Shown one piece after another: positions 1-9,331 of a stretch of DNA of 62,740 bases. How positions within the stretch are numbered: the stretch's first letter is position 1; each line of letters starts with the position of its first letter. This DNA comes from an uncultured virus (IMG/VR IMGVR_UViG_3300021365_002389) (lineage: Duplodnaviria > Heunggongvirae > Uroviricota > Caudoviricetes). Under the pieces are notes generated by a model, which worked only from the letters and a program-made list of their open reading frames with translations, made no database searches and had not been told where the DNA came from. Location: positions 62,001-124,740 of IMG/VR virus record IMGVR_UViG_3300021365_002389. One strand, 5' to 3'. Made by a program: the position numbers and the translations under genes.

Positions 1-209
1 CTAAACTGCTGCCTTTTGTTAATACACGCAAATATTTCTTTATTCTCTTCAGAAACAGTATGAGACCATGGAGTTTTGCCCCAGATAGTTGGTTCAATAT
101 AAATATCATATAAGTCTGGCCTGCTTTGCAATGCCCGAAAAACACTTCTAGCGTGTTCGCCATATCCGCTTCTGCTAAGGATTGGTCCTTTTAATAATAC
201 AGTTCTCAT
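1..209 (-). CDS. Glycosyltransferase, N-terminal part (runs off window)
   Basis: Manual translation from ATG 209: MRTVLLKGPILSRSGYGEHARSVFRAL..., a GT4-like N-terminal 'SGYG' motif; ATGA overlap with the stop of the upstream GT. Confidence 0.65.
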   Translation of the reverse strand, partial: MRTVLLKGPILSRSGYGEHARSVFRALQSRPDLYDIYIEPTIWGKTPWSHTVSEENKEIFACINKRQQF

Positions 210-1483
210 ATTTCCAGTAGCTCCCACTTTTTATGATTTTTTCTTGTTTCCCATGAGCCGTATTTTTCGTGAATGTGATTCATGATTTCAACCCATGTCT
301 TTTGATAGTCTTCAAAATTATAGTTTTTCAATACATGATTTCTTCCGGCTTCGCCCATCTTATCTCTCTGTTCTTTGGGCATTGTGTACATTTTATACAT
401 CGCATCAACAACGTCATCCTCGTTTAATCGATCCTCCCTGATGAAGGGAACGGTCAAAGATCCAATTATGGCTTTTGAGGCTGGCTCAATACCTATTCCA
501 AACCAGTTTTCGCCATCAGTCACCTGTTCTTGAAGTCCGCCAGTCATGTTAACAATTATAGGTGTCTCGCACGCTAAAGATTCCAAAGTACCTAAACCAA
601 AACCTTCGGCATCTGCTATATTAATTGTACAGTCCACCAAATTATACATAACTGCAAGTTGTTCTGGCGGAATTTTCTGCTTACTAAAAATAACTTGTCC
701 GTTATTTAAACCCAGTTGTGCTGCTAAATATTCTAGAGGCTGCCCGTTTGGATCGTTAACCTCTGTATGCATCATAAGCACAGCTTTGTCGTGACCCACT
801 TTATCTAAAAACTTCTTAAACCAAAACATTAATGTTCCGCTCTGTTTTCTTCTAGCGTTACGATTATTCCAGAAAAACTTAAACTTACCTTGTAAAGCAG
901 GGTTATCAGAAATAGTATTTTTTAGTGCTTTTTTCCCTTCAGGGTCTTTATTTAGATTATAAAAACAATCTGTATTCACTGAATGTGGTACATATCTTTC
1001 TTCTACATCTGATGTAACTTCACGAACTACATTAGAAGTTACTTTTGATATGGTAGCAATAAAATCATTAGAATCATACCATGGCTTATTAAAAACAGGT
1101 GCTGGATAATTGTCCCACACATGATAATAAACCATAGGAACATTTTCTCTTATCTCATCTTCCATATTCCATAGCCACTCATAAAAGCGTGGATCAGTCA
1201 TAAAATACAAAATATCAGGCTTGAATTGTTGAAGAACTGATCTGATTTGAGAATCATTGCCATAGCCATCTACAGGCACAACAATCCAATCATCTCCCCA
1301 CTCCTCTGTTTTTGTTGGTGTATAATCGGGGTGTTGTATTGCCCCACCAAGAGATATAACTTGGTATTTTCCCGTTTTGAGTAATCCCTCGATGATGTAC
1401 TTCGTTTGAGTTCCTACCCCTGACGGTAACATCGGGTGATCACTAAGTGTTAAAACTTTTATTTTTCTTTCGGACATGGCCAT
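206..1483 (-). CDS. Glycosyltransferase family 4 (GT-B)
   Basis: N-terminal SGVG; NRNARRK; EGFGLGTLESLACETP (E-x7-E motif). Confidence 0.9.
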   Translation of the reverse strand: MAMSERKIKVLTLSDHPMLPSGVGTQTKYIIEGLLKTGKYQVISLGGAIQHPDYTPTKTEEWGDDWIVVPVDGYGNDSQIRSVLQQFKPDILYFMTDPRFYEWLWNMEDEIRENVPMVYYHVWDNYPAPVFNKPWYDSNDFIATISKVTSNVVREVTSDVEERYVPHSVNTDCFYNLNKDPEGKKALKNTISDNPALQGKFKFFWNNRNARRKQSGTLMFWFKKFLDKVGHDKAVLMMHTEVNDPNGQPLEYLAAQLGLNNGQVIFSKQKIPPEQLAVMYNLVDCTINIADAEGFGLGTLESLACETPIIVNMTGGLQEQVTDGENWFGIGIEPASKAIIGSLTVPFIREDRLNEDDVVDAMYKMYTMPKEQRDKMGEAGRNHVLKNYNFEDYQKTWVEIMNHIHEKYGSWETRKNHKKWELLEI

Positions 1484-1489
1484 TAACTC

Positions 1490-2329
1490 CTATGAACAAT
1501 ATTCCGTCTGGTAAAACTCGCAAGTGCCGAATCGGTCTTTACAACTTGTACATGCAGTACGGTTTTTGATATAATTTTCTTTATTGATATTATGCAATGC
1601 TTTTGTTAAAGCGTTAAGGGCATCTGTTGTTCTTTTTTTAGCTGCCGTCACTCTAACAAATTCAGCCTTCTTGCCAGGCTTGGCTGTGCGCTTCAACAAT
1701 ACGAAGTGGCAATCCACATCTGCGGGATCCACTTCATACTTGCGAGCATAAAAATGTTTGTAAAAAACAAGCTGATATGCCATGATTTTGTCGTTCTTCT
1801 TTTCACGACGCCAACCCCATGAACAAGTTTTCCAATCAATCAGATGGATCTTCTCATCTTTTTTGGAGTAAACCACAAGGTCAATGAATCCTTTGAACTT
1901 TTTTTCTGCTTCCGTGAATTCTGTAATGGGTACATACAATTGTTCTTCGGCTTTAAGAACTTCCCAGTCCTCACCTAACTTACCGAACTTATCCACTAAA
2001 CAGCGATAAAGGTCAGGAATGATATCCAAGCCATTTACAAGCCATTCTTTGAGCTTGAAATTGGCTTGGGCGTCTTTTTGCGCATCCTTAGGTAGAGCCT
2101 TTAGTTCTTTCAAGAACTGTTCTTTAACTAGCGTTTCAATAGCGCCTGGCTTGCGATACTTTTCAGGAGAAGTTAAAGTATATTCACAAACTGTGTGAAT
2201 AGCTTTCCCGAAGGCAGTAAAAATGTTTCCTTCAAACTGCGCAACTTTATCAATATATGTTAATTTGTGGTAATGTGGGCAAATGTGCCAGTTTCGCCAC
2301 TCAGAATAAGAAATATGTTTCCCGGCCAA
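1490..2329 (-). CDS. PD-(D/E)XK nuclease, RecB/Cas4-like
   Basis: ISYS...CP, E-x-GFID-x-IDWKT, YQL, C-terminal Cys cluster (CxxC...C...C). Confidence 0.85.
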   Translation of the reverse strand: MAGKHISYSEWRNWHICPHYHKLTYIDKVAQFEGNIFTAFGKAIHTVCEYTLTSPEKYRKPGAIETLVKEQFLKELKALPKDAQKDAQANFKLKEWLVNGLDIIPDLYRCLVDKFGKLGEDWEVLKAEEQLYVPITEFTEAEKKFKGFIDLVVYSKKDEKIHLIDWKTCSWGWRREKKNDKIMAYQLVFYKHFYARKYEVDPADVDCHFVLLKRTAKPGKKAEFVRVTAAKKRTTDALNALTKALHNINKENYIKNRTACTSCKDRFGTCEFYQTEYCS

Positions 2330-2343
2330 TTTTAGACTTTCTC

Positions 2344-3012
2344 TTAATAACGGTTCTTGGTGTTTAGTTCATCAATTTTATCAAATAACATTGGGCTTAT
2401 TTTTTCTAAACTATTTTGTTTACCTAAATAGTAAGCTTCAAAACCAGTTGCAAAATATTCTCTCAAAGAAACTGATCCATATGGTCTAATAAAAAGCCCA
2501 GTCGTAATCATTCGTAACATATTACGTCCTAATCTACTATACAAGAAGGTATCGAATTTTTCATCAAATTTAAGCTCATCAAAATCATAATCTTCAACCC
2601 AGTATCCTTCCGATTGAATTTCAAATTTCATTTCTTGCCTTTTTTTCAAAAACTCATTCTTAATTCTTTCGTCTGAATAAATATCCTCTGTAAATAATGT
2701 TTCTACATGGTGAGCAAATTCGTGAACGATATCATCAATTAAATCATTAGCATTTTTCTGCTTTGGGGAGATAATAAATTCATTGTCTCTGTATAAAGCA
2801 TTGATACCCCGCTTTCTAAATTCTTCGTCATTTTCAATTCTAATCTTATTCAAATTAGTAAAAAAGTGGGATGGTATTCTTTTCTCAATAGTGCTGAGGA
2901 TTTTCCTAATATCAAAACCCTCTGGCAATTCGTCATTTACTTCAATCTCTACACCGTTTAAGTTAAGGAACTTTGGATTACTATTAACTTTCTCTAGAAT
3001 ATATTCTCTCAT
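2344..3012 (-). CDS. Zincin-like metallopeptidase
   Basis: HEFAH motif plus downstream REYFATGF third-ligand motif. Confidence 0.65.
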   Translation of the reverse strand: MREYILEKVNSNPKFLNLNGVEIEVNDELPEGFDIRKILSTIEKRIPSHFFTNLNKIRIENDEEFRKRGINALYRDNEFIISPKQKNANDLIDDIVHEFAHHVETLFTEDIYSDERIKNEFLKKRQEMKFEIQSEGYWVEDYDFDELKFDEKFDTFLYSRLGRNMLRMITTGLFIRPYGSVSLREYFATGFEAYYLGKQNSLEKISPMLFDKIDELNTKNRY

Positions 3013-4316
3013 AAAATTTCGGCTGCTAATGTGGCTAGCTTAGACCTTTCCCCTTTCTTTAGTGAAATGTGTCCTGCTATATTGTAGTTCTTAAATTTCT
3101 CAACAGCATGAGTTAAACCATTAGAAACAGCATCAACATAAGAGTTGTCAATTTGTTGAATGTCTCCGGTTAACACTAGTTTAGTCCCATGCCCTACTCT
3201 TGTTATTATAGTCTTTAATTCGTGTGCTGTTAAGTTCTGAGCCTCGTCTACAATCATAAAAGCATTAGATATAGAGCGTCCACGGATATATGTCATGGCC
3301 TCTATCTCTATTATACCTTGTTCCATTTGCATGTCAAGTGCTGTTTTATCCCCAAATAGATATTCTAAGTTATCCCTCAAGGGTGCAATCCATGGCATCA
3401 TCTTTTCCTCTAACGTGCCCGGTAAAAAGCCGATATCTCTACCCATGGGTTGTACAGGCCTGGTGATAATTAATTTGTCATACCCTCCGCTAGCCTTGGT
3501 GCTGTGTAAAACTTGTTCCAACCCACAAGCTGCGGCGATCAAAGTCTTTCCGGTGCCGGCTTGTCCTGTGAGTGAAACTATTTGTACATTGTTGTCAAAT
3601 AATAGATCCATTGCAAACTTTTGCTCTTTATTATTAGCAGACAACCCCCATATATCTTGATAAGAATAGACACGACGTAATGGTGAATCATTATTGACGT
3701 ACCTACATAAAGCTGTTTTCTTATCACTCTTATCGGAGGTTAATATTATAAATTGATTAGGATAAAGAACCTTCTTAGTTTCTGGGACAAAAACTTCTTT
3801 GTCAGCATAAAACTCATCGATTAGTTTATCTTCTACTTCTATAATTTCTGACCCGTCAAATAATTTATCAACTGATTTAACGGCTTGTTGGGGCTGGTAG
3901 TCGTGACATTCAATACCAAATGAATCACACTTTACTCTCATGTTAAGATCACGAGAAATAACTGCTATGTCTCTGCCCTCTATCTTTAGCCTTACTGCAA
4001 TTGCTATAATTTTATTATCTGAATCATTCGCCTCCATACCTGAGGGCATATACCTTGGATCGTATTGTGCAGCAAAAACTTGACCTTTGCCACGACCTAG
4101 TGGAACTCCCATAAATAAACTACCCTTTGACCTTAGCTTATCTAAAATTCTATTCATAGCTCGTGCATTAAGACCGGCCGTGTCTTGTCTGTGTTTGTGC
4201 CGGTCAATTTCGTCTAGAATTACGGTTGGAATAGCAATATCATCTTTCCCGAAACTATAAAGTGAGTTTGCCTCTGTTAAAAAGACATTGGTGTCTAAAA
4301 TTAAAGTTTTTTTCAA
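3009..4316 (-). CDS. phoH: PIN-domain PhoH family protein (PhoH2/YlaK-like)
   Basis: N-terminal PIN (LDTNV, DNKII, SRD), GQAGTGKT, RGRS, DEAQN, GD..QID. Confidence 0.93.
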   Translation of the reverse strand: MKKTLILDTNVFLTEANSLYSFGKDDIAIPTVILDEIDRHKHRQDTAGLNARAMNRILDKLRSKGSLFMGVPLGRGKGQVFAAQYDPRYMPSGMEANDSDNKIIAIAVRLKIEGRDIAVISRDLNMRVKCDSFGIECHDYQPQQAVKSVDKLFDGSEIIEVEDKLIDEFYADKEVFVPETKKVLYPNQFIILTSDKSDKKTALCRYVNNDSPLRRVYSYQDIWGLSANNKEQKFAMDLLFDNNVQIVSLTGQAGTGKTLIAAACGLEQVLHSTKASGGYDKLIITRPVQPMGRDIGFLPGTLEEKMMPWIAPLRDNLEYLFGDKTALDMQMEQGIIEIEAMTYIRGRSISNAFMIVDEAQNLTAHELKTIITRVGHGTKLVLTGDIQQIDNSYVDAVSNGLTHAVEKFKNYNIAGHISLKKGERSKLATLAAEIL

Positions 4317-4371
4317 AATTTACCCTTCTGTTAGGTTCAAATTAAGTAGTCTACAAACAAACCAAACAAAC

Positions 4372-4392
4372 AAAAAGCCGCCCGAAGGCGGC
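4372..4392 (-). terminator. Intrinsic terminator of the tmRNA
   Basis: GCCGCC-TTCG-GGCGGC-TTTTT directly after the CCA end. Confidence 0.9.
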
Positions 4393-4715
4393 TGGTGGAG
4401 GTAGGGAGAATCGAACTCCCGTCTTGTCTAGTTCCGTAGAGAGGTCATTCACAAGGTTAGAACTGTTTTTTTCGTCGGACAGACCACTTGACTAGATTGT
4501 TTTATTACGGACAAAACAATCAAAATCACTAAAAGGACACAGTATGGCTTTCTGTTTCTTGGCTGCCAGCGCCTCAAGTCAAGTCAGGTTATTAAGCTGC
4601 TTGTGCTAGTTGAAAATCGTCGTTTGCGATTAAAAGATAAGCGTTTTTAGTGAGCCACGCTTCCCTCACCCTTGCACCTTTTCTACTTTCCCATCAGTCG
4701 ATACCGTTTACCCCC
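4393..4715 (-). ncRNA. ssrA: tmRNA
   Basis: 5' GGGGGTA pairs with 3' TACCTCC-A-CCA with a G3.U wobble; T-arm GGGAG-TTCGATT-CTCCC; internal tag frame; 323 nt. Confidence 0.95.
4592..4627 (-). other. tmRNA tag reading frame ANDDFQLAQAA*
   Basis: GCA AAC GAC GAT TTT CAA CTA GCA CAA GCA GCT TAA, followed by a second TAA; AND start and AA end are typical of ssrA tags. Confidence 0.9.
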
Positions 4716-4726
4716 ATAATATAATA

Positions 4727-4755
4727 GTTATACACCACAACAAACAACTTGTCAA
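4727..4755 (-). promoter_or_regulatory. Sigma70-type promoter of the tmRNA
   Basis: TTGACA-17 nt-TATAAC, 11 nt upstream of the mature 5' end. Confidence 0.75.
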
Positions 4756-4784
4756 GTTAATTATTCTTTTCTATATGCTAGCAA

Positions 4785-4904
4785 AGCTTAAGCTGTAATA
4801 AGTTGGAATAAAGCAGTAAAAATAAAGAAAAGCTAACAATAGCTGTTTAAAGGCTGTTTAAAGCTTGCAAGCTATTATACCGGCTGAGAAAAAAGTGTTA
4901 AGCT
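4785..4904. repeat. AT-rich intergenic array of AGCT-centred motifs
   Basis: AGCT at 4785, 4791, 4831, 4841, 4862, 4870, 4901; tandem GCTGTTTAAAG x2 at about 4842-4863. Confidence 0.55.
4874..4901 (-). promoter_or_regulatory. Candidate sigma70-like promoter
   Basis: TTAACA-16 nt-TATAAT. Confidence 0.45.
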
Positions 4905-5708
4905 TTAAGACAACAAATCATCCAAATCATCTGATGGTTGTTCTTCTGCATCATCTGAAGTTTTTGAATTATCTACTTCTTCTTCATCTTTTTCTTTTTC
5001 ATATTCTGGTGTTGTTATATCTGGAAGTTCTGCCTGAAGCTCATCTTCGAACTTATCGAAATATAATAAAATGTTGGTAAGAAGATAGTCATAAAATATT
5101 TGCTGATCTTCTTCATCTGCCAACATGTCATATGCGTCAACAATCTGTTTTTCAACTTTCGTAAAAGTTGTAGCAGCAAAGTTACGACCGGTTTCGTTTT
5201 GATCTTGTAACTCTACAAAGTCATCGGAATCTTTAGATTCTCCTGAATCGATGTCAATAAATTCTCCAGACACACTTTCATCACTGTTATCTGGATCAAG
5301 ATCAATTTTAAGCTCTTCTGCTAAATTACTTGCATTAACTACAAAGTTTTCTGGTAGGTCAGCAGCTTTTTCAGCATCTGTTGCAGCCTCAATTGGCCTT
5401 AGACTATTCTTAATGGCATGAACCATATGGTTACGAAAAGATTCCCTCTGTTCTTCAGAGGTTGTCAACATTTTATAGTCGCCCTCAATTGTTGGGATAA
5501 TTTTTTCTAACAAGTCGGCAAGAACGTTAATGCCAGTATTACTGCTGGCTTCCTCGGTACCTGTTTCAGCTTCTATTAGTTTTCGAACAAATCCTCGAAG
5601 CTTATTTTCAAAAACCTGCTGCTCATTGAGTTTGTTTTTTATTCTTTTGTGAATATGTTCTCTTATAAGTTGTTCTGCAATAAGCTCATTGCGATTAATA
5701 GTAGTCAT
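4905..5708 (-). CDS. Acidic hypothetical protein, probable internal head protein
   Basis: Start reassigned to MTTINRNE (5708) to avoid overlap with the upstream gene; repeated L/I-x-E motifs (LIAE, LIRE, LNE, LIE). Confidence 0.7.
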   Translation of the reverse strand: MTTINRNELIAEQLIREHIHKRIKNKLNEQQVFENKLRGFVRKLIEAETGTEEASSNTGINVLADLLEKIIPTIEGDYKMLTTSEEQRESFRNHMVHAIKNSLRPIEAATDAEKAADLPENFVVNASNLAEELKIDLDPDNSDESVSGEFIDIDSGESKDSDDFVELQDQNETGRNFAATTFTKVEKQIVDAYDMLADEEDQQIFYDYLLTNILLYFDKFEDELQAELPDITTPEYEKEKDEEEVDNSKTSDDAEEQPSDDLDDLLS

Positions 5709-5718
5709 AGTATTATAA

Positions 5719-7743
5719 TTATCTCCGCCTTTGACGTTTTGCTCTTTTGACTTTTGGTTTTTTGTTCTTTTTCTTAGAATACGGATTGTAAGAATTTGTC
5801 TTACCACCGGCACCAAAAGGTCCAACACCGATTTCAACAGCCCCGGCAGCCATGGTTGACATTTCATCAATTGTAGTATCAATTAAAGAATCTAATTTTT
5901 CGTTAGTATAAAACAACAGGTCGTAAACTTGATCTTTCTCAGCATCATTTAGATGTTCAGGGAGTTTGGACAACAACTTTCTTTTATCTCCCGATGCTAT
6001 CATATTTCTTAAGGAAGTGCCGCCCATTCCTTCTCCTCCGTAGACTGGCATCACCATTTCCTCTACGGAGACACCAGGATTATGTCTTTCAGCCCAAGAC
6101 TGAGCACGAGAATATCTCTTGTCGCCTTCATCTTTATCGCTTTTTCCTAGAACAACTGTGTCTCCGCTAGAGAATGAATTTTTATCTGCTATTAAATCAT
6201 AGACATCAGCCACAGGAGTGCTTCCTTGTTGAATTCTTACTTTAATGTTTTCATCATCTTTGGTATAAAGATCCCAGAGATTTTTAGATTGTTCTGCTGT
6301 AACTGTGATCTTTGGTTCTATCTCAGAAAAACGAGGATTTTTACCAATGATGACAAGAACTTCATCAATATCGGGAAGGGAGGATAATTCTTTGGCTAGC
6401 CTATAATGACCAGCATGGGGCGGTTTAAAGCCACCAGGCAACAGTGCAACTTTTTTACCTTCATCTTCTGTAATAACTTCAGTGTTAAAGGATATATTTT
6501 CAGTAGTTACTTTTTTAGCACCCTTAGGGTATCTAAACATTCCTAGAATTTGATTAAGGGGAGCAAAATTACCAGCAAATTTATAAGTGTGTCCGTCATA
6601 GTCAAAAACAACAGCTTCAACAGGTGTGGTTATTTGAGAGAAATCTTTTATTTTATTTAAGTGAAATTGCATCACCTCCATAGTAGCTGGATCCTCTGGG
6701 CCTCTTTCTGTTATTTCCTTAACAGCTTTGGCTAATTCATTTCTTAGTCGAGTAATTTCTCTGTCTGTGTCGGCAATAAAAACACTCTTAAGTCCTTTTA
6801 GAATTTCTACTGTATAATCATGAACTGCTATCTCAATAGGCAATATAGCCTCTCGGAGAATCATGCTCTTAGATCTCACGATATTATCAATATCTTGTTG
6901 ATCCTCTTTGCTAAGACCTTTCTTTAATGCACGCTTACCTATATTATCCGGCAAGCCCATCAGGTATTTGACAAGCTCTTCTTTAAGTTTCTCATTTAGG
7001 TCAGTATCAACACCATTTTTTAACCTAGAGAAAATATAGTCTCCAACGGTATCCGAGTCGGATAGATCCTCGGCACTAAGTGCTGTATTGATCCTTGCAA
7101 ATGCCTCTTGCACTGGCTTTTGATCTTCAAGTTTCTTAAGTTGGATTAAAGCTTCTCTAGCCAATGAAAAATTGTGGCCACGCAAAGATTTCTGCATTCT
7201 TTCAAGAGCATTGTCTAGTGTCTCTAGAGCACCAGATGGTATTTTTTCTGTTTCCCCAGATTCTGGGTTATATACAAAATGTCCTACATTGTGTATTTTT
7301 AATGTTTTGTTGTCATACTTTATAACATTTACTGAACCGGGGTCATTAGGATCATCAGTTCCGGGGTCCATGATTTCTGCATTGTACCAAATATTAGCAT
7401 CAGGTCCGAATATTTTCTCTTTCTCTTCATCTGATAAAGACTCTGCCGCTCTTTCAAAAGCATCAAATCCACCAGTGAAAGCTTTTTCTAGTCCACCTCT
7501 ACCAGCAAATTTTTGTGCCAATCCGCTAGCATCAAGACCACCTGTCCTATAATGCCCTTTGTTTCTTGCGCCTTTAGCTTTACCTTCGGGAATAGAATAA
7601 GACAGGAAAAGATTTTGACCATCAACTTTTTCTTCGGTAGATAACTCTGCATCAGCACCAGCTAACATTATCTCTTTCATTTTTTCAAAAGTTAAATTAC
7701 GATTATCGTAAAGATGGTCCATATGACCTGCAACACCACCCAT
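5719..7743 (-). CDS. Fusion of an RNA-ligase-like (KxDG) domain and an HxGH nucleotidyltransferase domain
   Basis: TEEKVDGQN near the N-terminus; PGGFKPPHAGH and GGTSLR in the C-terminal third. Confidence 0.7.
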   Translation of the reverse strand: MGGVAGHMDHLYDNRNLTFEKMKEIMLAGADAELSTEEKVDGQNLFLSYSIPEGKAKGARNKGHYRTGGLDASGLAQKFAGRGGLEKAFTGGFDAFERAAESLSDEEKEKIFGPDANIWYNAEIMDPGTDDPNDPGSVNVIKYDNKTLKIHNVGHFVYNPESGETEKIPSGALETLDNALERMQKSLRGHNFSLAREALIQLKKLEDQKPVQEAFARINTALSAEDLSDSDTVGDYIFSRLKNGVDTDLNEKLKEELVKYLMGLPDNIGKRALKKGLSKEDQQDIDNIVRSKSMILREAILPIEIAVHDYTVEILKGLKSVFIADTDREITRLRNELAKAVKEITERGPEDPATMEVMQFHLNKIKDFSQITTPVEAVVFDYDGHTYKFAGNFAPLNQILGMFRYPKGAKKVTTENISFNTEVITEDEGKKVALLPGGFKPPHAGHYRLAKELSSLPDIDEVLVIIGKNPRFSEIEPKITVTAEQSKNLWDLYTKDDENIKVRIQQGSTPVADVYDLIADKNSFSSGDTVVLGKSDKDEGDKRYSRAQSWAERHNPGVSVEEMVMPVYGGEGMGGTSLRNMIASGDKRKLLSKLPEHLNDAEKDQVYDLLFYTNEKLDSLIDTTIDEMSTMAAGAVEIGVGPFGAGGKTNSYNPYSKKKNKKPKVKRAKRQRRR

Positions 7744-7983
7744 TTATTTTTCCTCTTTGAGTAAGTTTAACTCTTCTTCTAAAGATTCAATACGTTCGTT
7801 AAGAGATCTTAACTGTCTCTTTATACCACGAAGATGCTCTTTTGCCAAGGAAATTCTGCCAGTATCTCGTTTATTTGTTACTCTGACATTGCTTATGATA
7901 TCATACAGTGCCTGCACTGAAGCAGCAGGATCTATTTTTATAGCTTCGTTCAATAGGAACTGTTTTGTTATTTTTCTTAACAT
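7744..7983 (-). CDS. Small coiled-coil hypothetical protein
   Basis: 79 aa, leader ending LLNE, heptad-rich C-terminus. Confidence 0.7.
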   Translation of the reverse strand: MLRKITKQFLLNEAIKIDPAASVQALYDIISNVRVTNKRDTGRISLAKEHLRGIKRQLRSLNERIESLEEELNLLKEEK

Positions 7984-7999
7984 TTACTTAACCCTCACA

Positions 8000-8815
8000 T
8001 TATTCAAGATTATCATCTATTACCTTCAAGAATCCGTTTTCAACAATTATTTTCATTTTTGAAACGTTTCCATCTGCGTCGCTTCCCTGTATAAATAGGT
8101 TCGGACCAGCGGAAGGGGGGTTAGAACCTGAAATATAAAAATCTACGCTGGAAGTTATACCTGTTGAGGAAGAGATAAATTGAGGCATACCCTCAATAAC
8201 ATTATTTTCACCAGTGGCCTTAAGAATATAGCCATCAACATTATTCCTGATTGTAACTTCGCCACCGCTGCTACCACCGCCACTAGAGGGACCAAGCCTG
8301 TTCAAGGTAAAGCTGGAACCCAGGCGAGGATATACATTTTCGTCAGAGCTACGAGTAATTTGAACCCTTACATATTGATCAGCAGTCAAGGATTCAATTA
8401 AATTTATAGTAACGGGTAGTGGATCTGCTGCGGAGTTAATTGTGACTGTTTGTGAATATACAGCACTACTGTCAACAAATACCTTGACAGTGAATGTGGA
8501 AGTTGCGCTCACCAGGAGAGAGAGCGTAACGCCTATACGATAATCACCCGCAGTAGTCGTGGTAAAACGACCATTGGTGGGAGTAAAAGTGATATCGTCA
8601 GATTCAGAATCTGTACTAAATGTTGTACTTGTTGCGCCAGTAGCAATGGTTGTTTTGAAGAGAAAATAATTGCTGGTATCGTCTTCATCATTACCCAGAT
8701 CAGTAACATTATTAGTTTGAGTTACACTAATAAAAGACGGTGCTTTTGGTGGATCTGTATCTCCACCCATTTGAGTTTTTATTTGACCAAGTGTTCTTCT
8801 AGCTATTATTGGCAT
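8000..8815 (-). CDS. Putative virion fibre/spike protein, C1q/TNF-like beta-sandwich
   Basis: T/S/G-rich; GRFT..TAGDY..., LTADQYVRV pattern; Gly-Ser linker; C-terminal motif shared with 13156..14532. Confidence 0.5.
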   Translation of the reverse strand: MPIIARRTLGQIKTQMGGDTDPPKAPSFISVTQTNNVTDLGNDEDDTSNYFLFKTTIATGATSTTFSTDSESDDITFTPTNGRFTTTTAGDYRIGVTLSLLVSATSTFTVKVFVDSSAVYSQTVTINSAADPLPVTINLIESLTADQYVRVQITRSSDENVYPRLGSSFTLNRLGPSSGGGSSGGEVTIRNNVDGYILKATGENNVIEGMPQFISSSTGITSSVDFYISGSNPPSAGPNLFIQGSDADGNVSKMKIIVENGFLKVIDDNLE

Positions 8816-8816
8816 T

Positions 8817-9305
8817 TTATTCTGTCACAGGACCGTAGCTATATCCGGCTGCGCCGAGATTGTCCCTATCTCTTGGGTAATGTCGAACAACAAATCCATA
8901 AAGTATTAAGGCACTATTGGACGCAGCCTTAGCTCTTACAAAATTTTGAACTGTGGTATCTTCCTCACCTAGAGTAGAAGTATGAGGTATCCCTGGCCAC
9001 ACTAAAACCAAGCCTTCCCTGGGTGGTATTTTTACCTGAGGTGAAGGTCCGGCAGAAATTGAACCAGCTTGATTAAAATGAAGGCTTAGAATAACCTCAC
9101 TGGCTGAGTAATTTGCACACCAAAGGTATACTTCCTCTAGAACACCTGGTGATAATTTATGAACGTTTTGATCTGAAGTTGTTAGAGCTAATCCCTTACC
9201 AGTTGGTAATTCTGATAAAGGAAATCTTGCACTGCCTTGCGATAAAGGTCCAACTGTTACAGCGTTAGAACTTCCAGGTTTAGACGGTCTATTTTTTCCA
9301 GCCAT
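8817..9305 (-). CDS. Hypothetical beta-rich protein, possibly virion-associated
   Basis: 162 aa ORF co-oriented with and abutting the fibre-like gene. Confidence 0.55.
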   Translation of the reverse strand: MAGKNRPSKPGSSNAVTVGPLSQGSARFPLSELPTGKGLALTTSDQNVHKLSPGVLEEVYLWCANYSASEVILSLHFNQAGSISAGPSPQVKIPPREGLVLVWPGIPHTSTLGEEDTTVQNFVRAKAASNSALILYGFVVRHYPRDRDNLGAAGYSYGPVTE

Positions 9306-9331
9306 TAGATAATTTCCTCACTGGTAAATAT

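Noticed and set aside
1490..2329. Cas4 or a CRISPR system
   Set aside because: No repeat-spacer array or other cas genes were seen; solo Cas4-like nucleases are common in phages.
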